Assembly (NCBI GenBank): GCA_963787125.1
Contig: CAWBBV010000016.1
Span: forward strand, 194,798 to 258,797
Direction of reading: 5' to 3'
Length of the DNA: 64,000 bases
From: an uncultured delta proteobacterium
GTDB taxonomy: Bacteria > Desulfobacterota > Desulfuromonadia > Geobacterales > DSM-12255
This document shows positions 20,838 to 28,632 of this stretch, piece by piece. The notes beneath the pieces were generated by a model. The model was not told where the DNA came from and did no database searches. It saw only the letters and a list, made by a program, of their open reading frames with translations. The translations under genes were made by a program, and so were the position numbers. Each line of letters opens with the position of its first letter. Position 1 is the first letter of the stretch.

Positions 20838-21956
20838 TTATGCCGCTACCTCCTCAGGTTTGGGAAATTTCAACAACAAATCTCGGTAATACTCATACTG
20901 CTTTTGTCGCAACTCGATTTCACGAGGCAAGCCTTCGCTGATAGAGTTGGTTATGGCATCGAACTTGTCCAAGATAGCGACGATGCGTTCTTGTTCAGCT
21001 GGGGAAGGAATGGGCACTGGAAATCCGACCAAATCCTTTTTATTCAGTGCTGGAACTCCTGCCATATTTGCAAGCCCTACTATGTCCTTCATGCTATTGG
21101 CCATGACATAATATAAAAAGCGAGTTTTGATTATTTTACTCGTACTACGAATTCTGTAGCAGAGCGGACCGCACCAAAAACGAGTGGTCTGATAACCCAC
21201 ATATCCGATACCGCCCTGTCCACGCGAAGGCGTTGTAATTGTGTCTGCCTCCGTATTGTAGGCAGGAACATAACCTGACGGTGTTGTTCCTGCATTAACA
21301 AAGGCATATTCGCCTATCTCATTACCTGCTGGCGCTTGCCCTACGCTAATACTGCATAGCTCTCCCAACGTCTTCCACTCCGCATCCCCTTCTTCAAAAC
21401 TCAACAACTGGTCGCGATAGTAGTTGTATTGCTTTTTGCGAGCTGTAAGCTCGGCTGTAAGCTCGGCTGTAAGCTCGGTGAAGGTGTCCAGAATGCGGAC
21501 GATTTCGGCTTGGATTTCGAGGGATTTTTTCGGATTGTCTGGGCATGGGATGGGGATTAATGTCTCTTTCGCAGTAGACCAATGCCTTTTATAGCTTAAT
21601 TCTTTTTTGTAAAAGCTTTGAAAAGCATAATAGATATACTTTGCATTGTTAGAAATTGAGCTAAGTATTTTTAAACCATCAGCACCTTGAATGAAGGCAA
21701 AATCCACATACTTAATATGCTCAGAATGGTCGCCAAAAATTACATATTTACCAGTTTTGATGGGAGTTATATTTTCATCCGTGTAACCAGCAATGAATTC
21801 TATGCCTTGATCAACAATTGGAAACTTTCCAGTTTCACGATAGGCCTCACTTTTAAGCTTTGAAGGTGCCGTTACAGTTTTAATTACTGCCTCCAGCGCT
21901 TTCCACTCCACCTCAACGCCATCAAGCAGCTTTTCCATAAAATTTATATCGCTCAT
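20838..21956 (-). CDS. hsdS: Type I R-M specificity subunit (type IC, TAEL spacer)
   Basis: VEWK.L, IPIP...Q.EIV.ILD.FTEL-TAEL-TAEL-TARKKQY, GLPREIELRQKQYEYYRD.LL. Confidence 0.95.
   Translation of the reverse strand: MSDINFMEKLLDGVEVEWKALEAVIKTVTAPSKLKSEAYRETGKFPIVDQGIEFIAGYTDENITPIKTGKYVIFGDHSEHIKYVDFAFIQGADGLKILSSISNNAKYIYYAFQSFYKKELSYKRHWSTAKETLIPIPCPDNPKKSLEIQAEIVRILDTFTELTAELTAELTARKKQYNYYRDQLLSFEEGDAEWKTLGELCSISVGQAPAGNEIGEYAFVNAGTTPSGYVPAYNTEADTITTPSRGQGGIGYVGYQTTRFWCGPLCYRIRSTSKIIKTRFLYYVMANSMKDIVGLANMAGVPALNKKDLVGFPVPIPSPAEQERIVAILDKFDAITNSISEGLPREIELRQKQYEYYRDLLLKFPKPEEVAA
21441..21478. repeat. 12-bp tandem repeat (3 units) encoding the HsdS TAEL spacer
   Basis: (A/G)GCTGTAAGCTC x3. 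Confidence 0.9.
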
Positions 21957-22951
21957 TTTTTACGGCTCTCTTCTTTCGCTTGTTTTTCCAGCGCCGCGAT
22001 GGTTTTCAGATAGTCTTTTTCCACATTGTCCAGCGTTTTGGCTTTGTATTTCTGGTATTCCAGCTTGGCTTTGTTTGCTGCCTGGGTGTGAGAGATATTG
22101 CCGGCACTGTCCAGTACCTTTCGCCCGGTTGAACTCAGGATGTTGTCCAGTTCGCGCACATAATCGACCATGCGCATTTCGCGTTGTTCTATGGCGTTTA
22201 ACTCGGCCAGATCAAAATACGCAGAAACCAGATTATTCAGTACGCGCAGTTCCTGCTCGCTGAGGTAGTTTTTGGCAATCATCGCGTCGGCCTGTGTGGG
22301 CTGGTTGCCTTTGAAACTGCTTAAACCGGCAAATGGTTTATCGCTATCCACCCGCAGGTAGATAACTTCGCTGGCGGTATGGCCGTGGGCGGCGTAGTGC
22401 AGTTTGTTTTGTACGATTTTGAAAAACGTGAGGCTTTGCTCGCTATCGGGGTCGTAATCGGTTGCAGTGGCGTATAAGTCGAGCACTTGGCGGTACATCA
22501 CTTTTTCGCTGGAGCGAATATCGCGAATGCGGCCAAGCAATTCTTTCCAGTAATTGCCGCCACCGAGGTTTTTCAGGCGCTCGTCATTTAATGCAAAACC
22601 TTTTTCAAGATACTCTTTCAACACGGTTGACGCATAACGCCTGAATTGCACGCCACGCACCGAACGCACCCGATAGCCAACCGCCAGAATCACGTCCAGG
22701 TTATACAGGGTAATCTCGCGTGAGACTTCTCGCTCACCTTCTTTTTGAACTGTCAACTGATGGTTGACAGTTGCTTTATCGTCCAGCTCCTGGTCGTCAT
22801 AAATGGCCTGAATATGCTTGCTGATATTTTGCTTGGTGGTTTGAAAAAGCTCGGCGATTTGCAGTTGCGACAACCAAACCGTGCCATTGTCCAGGCGCAA
22901 ATCAATATTGGTTGTGCCGTCTTCGGTGGTGTAAATAATGACATCGCTCAT
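21953..22951 (-). CDS. RhuM/virulence-family DNA-binding protein
   Basis: WLSQ.QIAELF, YNLDVILAVGYRVRS, RIRDIRSSE, FF..VQNKLH, AKNYL. Confidence 0.88.
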   Translation of the reverse strand: MSDVIIYTTEDGTTNIDLRLDNGTVWLSQLQIAELFQTTKQNISKHIQAIYDDQELDDKATVNHQLTVQKEGEREVSREITLYNLDVILAVGYRVRSVRGVQFRRYASTVLKEYLEKGFALNDERLKNLGGGNYWKELLGRIRDIRSSEKVMYRQVLDLYATATDYDPDSEQSLTFFKIVQNKLHYAAHGHTASEVIYLRVDSDKPFAGLSSFKGNQPTQADAMIAKNYLSEQELRVLNNLVSAYFDLAELNAIEQREMRMVDYVRELDNILSSTGRKVLDSAGNISHTQAANKAKLEYQKYKAKTLDNVEKDYLKTIAALEKQAKEESRKK

Positions 22952-22953
22952 GA

Positions 22954-24504
22954 CTACAGCTCCTCGCCTTCAATCTCCGCAACAATGGCATCAATATCCT
23001 TACGAAGCTGATCAATTCTCGCCACGGTGGTTTTCAGTTCAGCATTGAGCTCGGTAATATTGATCACCTCGCGGGTGTCTTTAGCTTCCACATAAGAGCT
23101 GACAGAAAGGTTGTAGTCCTTTTTGGCTATGGCATCGGAATCAATTGATTTCGCAAAATGGTCAACACTGGCTTTGGTGTCAAAGACCTCCATAATCCGG
23201 GCAATGTGGTCATCGGTGAGGGTGTTGTTATTGGTCTCTTTTTTAAACAAACCACTGGCATCAATGAACTGGGTAAGGTTATCGGTCTTATGCTTGGAGA
23301 GTACCAGAATATTCACCGCAATGGTGGTACCAAAAAAGAGGTTTGGAGCCAGAGAGATAACCGTTTCAACGAAGTTGTTATCAATCAAGTATTGACGGAT
23401 TTTCTGCTCCGCACCGCCACGGTAAAAAATACCAGGGAAGCAGACAATGGCCGCGCGGCCTTTGCCGGAGAGATAGCTGAGGGCGTGGAGCACAAAGGCA
23501 AAATCGGCCTTGGATTTTGGGGCAAGAACACCGGCAGGGGCAAAGCGGTCATCGTTAATGAGGGTGGGGTCATCGCTGCCGATCCAGTTCAACGAATAGG
23601 GCGGATTAGAGACAATGGCATCAAAGGGTTTCTCTTCGCCATGGTGCGGATCCCTAAGTGTGTCGCCCAGAGCGATATTAAATTTGTCGTAGTTGATGTT
23701 GTGCAAAAACATGTTCATACGGGCAAGGTTGTAGGTGGTGTGGTTGATCTCCTGGCCGAAGAATCCGTCTTCGATGATGTGGTTATCAAAGTGCTTTTTC
23801 GCCTGCAGCAGCAGGGAGCCGGAACCACAGGCCGGGTCGTAGATTTTATTGACCGTTATCTGCTTGTGCATGGCAAGCTGGGCAATGAGCTTGGAAACAT
23901 GTTGGGGGGTAAAAAATTCACCGCCGGATTTACCGGCATTGGCAGCATAGTTGGAGATGAGAAACTCGTAGGCATCGCCGAAGAGGTCGATCTTGTTGTC
24001 CTGAAAATCGCCGAAGTTCAGCCCTGCCACACCTTTCAGAACCGCCGCCAGACGGCTGTTTTTGTCTTTGACGGAGTTGCCGAGCCGGTTGCTGGTGGTG
24101 TCAAAATCGGCAAAGAGTCCTTTAATATCGTGTTCGGACGGGTAGCCGTTGGCGGAGCTTTCGATGGCGGCGAAGATTTTAGCCAAATCGGTGTTCAGGT
24201 TTTCGTTGTCGTTGGCATTTTTGGCTACATTAACAAAAAGCTGGCTAGGGCAGATGAAATACCCTTTGGTTTTGACCGCATCGTCTTTGATTTCCGGGGT
24301 GATGACACTATCTTTGAGGGCAGCATAGTTGACGCTATCATCACCGGCTTCGATGTAGATGGAGAAGTTTTCGCTGATAAAGCGGTAGAACAGCGAGCCT
24401 AAAACGAACTGTTTGAAATCCCATCCGTCGACGGAACCACGGACATCGTTGGCTATTTTCCAGATTTGGGCTTGCAGATCGGCTCGTTGTTGGATACTCG
24501 ACAT
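22954..24504 (-). CDS. hsdM: Type I R-M methyltransferase subunit M (N6-adenine)
   Basis: [23 protein letters not shown]. Confidence 0.96.
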   Translation of the reverse strand: MSSIQQRADLQAQIWKIANDVRGSVDGWDFKQFVLGSLFYRFISENFSIYIEAGDDSVNYAALKDSVITPEIKDDAVKTKGYFICPSQLFVNVAKNANDNENLNTDLAKIFAAIESSANGYPSEHDIKGLFADFDTTSNRLGNSVKDKNSRLAAVLKGVAGLNFGDFQDNKIDLFGDAYEFLISNYAANAGKSGGEFFTPQHVSKLIAQLAMHKQITVNKIYDPACGSGSLLLQAKKHFDNHIIEDGFFGQEINHTTYNLARMNMFLHNINYDKFNIALGDTLRDPHHGEEKPFDAIVSNPPYSLNWIGSDDPTLINDDRFAPAGVLAPKSKADFAFVLHALSYLSGKGRAAIVCFPGIFYRGGAEQKIRQYLIDNNFVETVISLAPNLFFGTTIAVNILVLSKHKTDNLTQFIDASGLFKKETNNNTLTDDHIARIMEVFDTKASVDHFAKSIDSDAIAKKDYNLSVSSYVEAKDTREVINITELNAELKTTVARIDQLRKDIDAIVAEIEGEEL

Positions 24505-24919
24505 TTATGATGCTCCTGTATTATTCCAGTTAAATGGCTATTTGCCTGACAGCAAGCTTGTACAAATTAATGTACTTGTTGCAAGCGGAATTGCCTAAGA
24601 CTTTTCAACCTATATTCTATAAGCAAGGTGAGCAGTCCGAATGTAGGGGAAAAACATCGTTATTGACCGGTTCGCGCGCGTGCGTGAACCGGTGATCCAA
24701 ACCGAATGGAACATTTAGTCGGTAAAATAAAGAGTTTTGCTCTCTTCGCCTTCTTCTCTCCTTGCACCCTCACCCGATCAGCCCCATCACCCTGACGCCG
24801 CCGAAGTTTAGAGCGCTCATTTCTTTTGGGGAAAATTGCAAGTTGAAGTTGCAATTTCCCCCTGTCACCTGTGAGCTCGCTCTGCACGGCTCTTTAGCCT
24901 GCTTACTCCAGCAGCCACA

Positions 24920-26149
24920 TCAAACCAGATTCCATGGAATGGCCATGACATCAGCCGTCAGCCAGTATGGTTTCTCAACAGCGCAGATCACCGCGCCCAT
25001 ACCGACGCGTCGGCCGGGATAGGCTGCTTTAAAAGCTGCCATGCCGGACACGTCCCGCCGCGATGGTCTGGTGGTCAGCTTGAACTCAAACGGGTAGATA
25101 ACATCATCTTTCTCCAACAGCAGATCAACCTCGGCTCCTCCGGCTGAGCGCCAATGATACCATGCGGGTGTAATCCCTGCTGCGGCGGCCTGTTTGTGGA
25201 GCTCCTGCACCATGGCGCTTTCAAACAGAGAGCCAAACAGCGGGTTTGAGGCAAGCGCTCTGGGTGATGAAACCCGCGCATGATAACAGGCCAGGCCGGT
25301 ATCGGTGATATGACCCTTGGGCCGCATTGACACCCGTTTGACCGGATTGCCTGAAAAAGGTGGCAGCTCAAACCACTGGAAGGTTGCCTCCAGAATCTTC
25401 AGCCATCGTTTTGATGTCTGCGGAGTTATGCCTATTTCGCGCCCCAGTTGACTGTAATTTATCTCTTGGGCAGTCAGTGCCGTCATGAGACCGATAAACC
25501 GGCCGAATTCCTGCCAATCCTGTATTTCTCCCATCAAACGCGCATCACGCTCAATGTATGTCCGATGATAGCCGGCCCAGAAATCCGTGGCCAGGTCGTC
25601 GGGAAGCGGCTGCACTCCCGGCATGAAACCTTTCCAGAGCCAAGTTGTCAGGTCGCCGGGATATCTGGCTGCAGTTCGGCTCCATTCCGGAAACTTATCA
25701 GGCGCATCCAGCCATCCGGATAGCCAGCAGCTTTCGCCATCGGATAATTCCTGTAACGAAAAACCTTGTAAATCGAGGAACGCAGCTCTTCCTGCAAGGC
25801 TTTCAGACAAGGTCTTCAGTACCTGCCACTGTTGTGAACCGGTAAGTATAAATTGACCGGCTCCGGAAGAAGAGCGATCAACGAAGCGCTTTATGGCTGA
25901 TACCAGTTCGGGAGCATACTGAATTTCATCAAGAATAAGAGGCGGGGGATGATTGAGTAAAAAAAGATCCGGATCACGTCTGGCGCCCTCAAGGTCGAGG
26001 CTTGCATCAAATACAACGTAATCATGCCGGGGGAACAGATGTTTTAGAAGCGTTGTCTTGCCTACCTGACGTGCGCCACTGACAACTGTTACCGGGAAAT
26101 TCTCCGTCAAGCGTAGCAGACGGTTTGAGAGAAGCCGTTTACGATACAT
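24920..26149 (-). CDS. AAA_14-type ATPase with C-terminal DUF4143 (PD-(D/E)XK-like) domain
   Basis: GARQVGKT, LDEIQ, LTGS, ESLAGR, GSLFES, WRS..GAEVD...FEFK. Confidence 0.88.
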   Translation of the reverse strand: MYRKRLLSNRLLRLTENFPVTVVSGARQVGKTTLLKHLFPRHDYVVFDASLDLEGARRDPDLFLLNHPPPLILDEIQYAPELVSAIKRFVDRSSSGAGQFILTGSQQWQVLKTLSESLAGRAAFLDLQGFSLQELSDGESCWLSGWLDAPDKFPEWSRTAARYPGDLTTWLWKGFMPGVQPLPDDLATDFWAGYHRTYIERDARLMGEIQDWQEFGRFIGLMTALTAQEINYSQLGREIGITPQTSKRWLKILEATFQWFELPPFSGNPVKRVSMRPKGHITDTGLACYHARVSSPRALASNPLFGSLFESAMVQELHKQAAAAGITPAWYHWRSAGGAEVDLLLEKDDVIYPFEFKLTTRPSRRDVSGMAAFKAAYPGRRVGMGAVICAVEKPYWLTADVMAIPWNLV

Positions 26150-26184
26150 ACTTGCATATTAGTGATGCAATCATCAATTTGCAA
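26150..26184 (-). promoter_or_regulatory. Putative leaderless sigma70 promoter inside a palindrome
   Basis: On - strand: TTGCAA-N17-TAATAT-N6-ATG; no SD; 26152-26184 is an imperfect palindrome. Confidence 0.55.
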
Positions 26185-26273
26185 GGTGTTTTCGTTTCAA
26201 CGGTAATTTCAATGCAAGGATAATCCTTTTTCACTTCTTTGTTCATTATTTCAGTTGGAAACGTGCAAGAAAA

Positions 26274-27599
26274 TCACCTGACTGTCTTTTGGTCAGATAC
26301 ATCTTCGTGGTTGAATCCTCGGTGACTAGACTTTTCCTGTAACATCGGTTTTCGTTCGGAGCTTCTGTTTCTGGATGTCTCCCGTTCAATTTCATCATAT
26401 CTTGTCCCTTTGATCAGCAACGGAACATTTGTTTTTGGGGTCACAAGGAAGGCTTTTGAATCTTTTGGGGTTCCGTTGGTAGCGTAGACAATAATTTGGC
26501 CAAGATCATTTATACCTCTGGCTTCGGTAGTCCTCCAGCCTCGCAGTCCTTTAAACAGATCGTTTAATATCGTTATCGCACCTTTATTCCACACGGCAGC
26601 CCTGTTATCAATCTTCCCGGATATCACGCCGTGTTTATTAATTCCCAAAGGTATAAACTTTCCATTCCCTTTGGAATCCAAGTACTGAAGTTCGCCATCA
26701 TTCCAAAGAACAGCATTATCCCCGATACACTTTGCGGCAATCTGCCTGTTTTCAATCTGAACAGTCGCTTCCGGCCTTTCGGTGTTCCTGGATTTTGCTT
26801 CGCATAGCTTTATGTAGCCAACCACTTGACCAGCATCATTAAGGCAGGTAGGAATAAATTTAGCTGCCTGTGGAGCAATCATAGTTTTATTGGGCACTAT
26901 CATAGGTTTGACCATCGAATCTGTTACATTTTTTAGCTCCTTCATTTCTCCCAGTGGCGTAAATTCTCGCATGCCGGGCGGCTCAAGTTTTTGCATAAGA
27001 CCTTTGTTCCAAAGGACAGAATGGCCATTGTGAATAGTTCCCAATATCTGGCCATTGTTATTAATGGCATTACCACTTGTCAAAATTCCTGGGTATTCTA
27101 TTGTGCCCATTCGCCAAATGAATGCATCCGTGCCGCCATGACTATTTTTAATCCAACCGACAACTTCTCCTGAGTTATTGATTGCAAGTGCCCTGCTTTC
27201 TATGCCATTCAATGTTCCAAGTTCATATGATAAGCCGTTATTCCATAAAACGGCACGTTCGAAATCATTCCCATGCCGACCTTTTTGATACCCCGCAACC
27301 TGCCCGGCATCGTTAATAGCAGTAGCAGATGAACGAATAGTTACATCTGTTCCGTCAAGCTTCTCAGCAAATCCTTGTTTCCAGACCCCCGCAAAGTGCG
27401 ACCCATTATCTGTAATTATATCACCGGCAACTTGCGTGGAATTATTGATCGCATGAGGCTCAAATATATCCAAATCTACAGAAATCCAGTCACTATCAAT
27501 AACAAAATTGTCAAGTGTGGTTGGTGGTTGTTCGGTTGCGCAAGATATACCGTGCGTAGCAAGTGTAATAGTAATGAGGATGAATAATAATCTTTGCAT
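26274..27599 (-). CDS. Secreted HAF-type extracellular repeat (beta-propeller-like) protein
   Basis: Signal peptide MQRLLFILITITLA; repeated A.AIN..GQV.G...A.LW..G units; AT-richer than the flanks. Confidence 0.8.
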   Translation of the reverse strand: MQRLLFILITITLATHGISCATEQPPTTLDNFVIDSDWISVDLDIFEPHAINNSTQVAGDIITDNGSHFAGVWKQGFAEKLDGTDVTIRSSATAINDAGQVAGYQKGRHGNDFERAVLWNNGLSYELGTLNGIESRALAINNSGEVVGWIKNSHGGTDAFIWRMGTIEYPGILTSGNAINNNGQILGTIHNGHSVLWNKGLMQKLEPPGMREFTPLGEMKELKNVTDSMVKPMIVPNKTMIAPQAAKFIPTCLNDAGQVVGYIKLCEAKSRNTERPEATVQIENRQIAAKCIGDNAVLWNDGELQYLDSKGNGKFIPLGINKHGVISGKIDNRAAVWNKGAITILNDLFKGLRGWRTTEARGINDLGQIIVYATNGTPKDSKAFLVTPKTNVPLLIKGTRYDEIERETSRNRSSERKPMLQEKSSHRGFNHEDVSDQKTVR

Positions 27600-27717
27600 A
27601 GGAAAAGACCTTATGGTGTTCAACGCCATTCGACGAGGCTTTTTCCCGCCATCAGGCCGTGCCGCTAGTTTAAAATCGGTTTTTTCTCGGTGCTGATTTC
27701 GTGTTGGAGGCGGGACT

Positions 27718-28071
27718 CTAAGCGGCATGCAGCTTTTTTGCACGTCCGGTTGAGCGTGTTGTTTGGCCAGTTACTTTCCTGGATACCATTTCATTGACTA
27801 AGCGCAATTCCAAGCGGCAGCCGAGAGCATGTGCGTATTTTTCCAGAGTGGCTATTGACGGAGAATGCTTCCCTTTACCAGATTCGAGGCGGGCTACAGC
27901 AGACTGGGTTGTGCCGATACGCTCTGCAACTTCAGCTTGTGTGACACCTGCGGCAGCACGAGCTTTGAGGAATTCATCCAGAAATCTGAATTCTTCGTCC
28001 AGTCGATCATATTCAGATTTTACATCTGCCCTTTCGAGGGCGCGGGCTTTAAGTTCTTTGTGAGTGAGCAT
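27718..28071 (-). CDS. HigA-like XRE HTH antitoxin
   Basis: TQAEVAERIGTTQSAVARLESG..SPSIATL; overlaps the upstream toxin gene. Confidence 0.88.
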   Translation of the reverse strand: MLTHKELKARALERADVKSEYDRLDEEFRFLDEFLKARAAAGVTQAEVAERIGTTQSAVARLESGKGKHSPSIATLEKYAHALGCRLELRLVNEMVSRKVTGQTTRSTGRAKKLHAA

Positions 28072-28390
28072 TTTTGAACTCCTTCATTCTTCGTTGTGCT
28101 ATTGCAAGTTCTCTTGGCGGAGTTTTATCCGACTTCTTGATAAATTGGTGCAGCATCACTATCTTTCGGCCAACCATTGTGCAGTAGAATACTCGTGCGA
28201 TTCCCTCCGCAGCCTTCAGCCGCAATTCAAAAAGTCCCTCTCCCATTGCGCGAGTATGAGGCATACCGAGATCCGGCCCATAAACCTCCATCCTGTCGGT
28301 ATAGCGAAGATAGCGACCGAGAAACCCTGATGGCATTGCAAGGATTTCATCTTGTAATGAATCGTCGTTGTAAGTGATTGTCCAAGTCAT
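28049..28390 (-). CDS. RelE/HigB (Gp49-like) toxin
   Basis: GMPHTRAMGEGLFELR, RVFY, LHQFIKKSDKTP; toxin-first gene order. Confidence 0.9.
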   Translation of the reverse strand: MTWTITYNDDSLQDEILAMPSGFLGRYLRYTDRMEVYGPDLGMPHTRAMGEGLFELRLKAAEGIARVFYCTMVGRKIVMLHQFIKKSDKTPPRELAIAQRRMKEFKNAHSQRT

Positions 28391-28425
28391 GGGCTTAATA
28401 TAGCGTATTTGCTATTTTAGGTCTA
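28391..28425 (-). promoter_or_regulatory. Putative leaderless TA promoter with operator palindrome
   Basis: TAGACC-N17-TATATT-N6-ATG on - strand; ATAGC...GCTAT inverted repeat across the spacer and -10. Confidence 0.55.
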
Positions 28426-28478
28426 TATGTTTTCAAGAGGAATGTCTTTCAACTCGGAGTGAATAAGAGGGCATACGA

Positions 28479-28554
28479 GGGACGCCTTTCGCATATCCAC
28501 ATTAGGAGGTTTCTCTTGCAAAACCCTGTCTAATATTACCAGAAGGGCGTCCCC
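28479..28554. repeat. REP-like inverted repeat
   Basis: GGGACGCCTTTC ... GAAGGGCGTCCCC. Confidence 0.45.
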
Positions 28555-28563
28555 ATAGCGCTT

Positions 28564-28600
28564 TTGCACAAATTGTAAATTCAATTTACAGTTTGTGCAA
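28564..28600. promoter_or_regulatory. 37-bp palindrome that also reads as a sigma70 promoter
   Basis: TTGCACAAATTGTAAATTCAATTTACAGTTTGTGCAA; on - strand TTGCAC-N17-TACAAT. Confidence 0.5.
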
Positions 28601-28632
28601 TAAGTGAAAGCGGCGGGATTACGTAAATCAGA

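Noticed and set aside
23158..24402. 414-aa ORF on + strand
   Set aside because: Antisense shadow of hsdM with no recognisable motifs
27600..27743. Upstream start of the 489-aa ORF
   Set aside because: It overlaps higA and attC-like DNA; the signal peptide begins at ATG 27599
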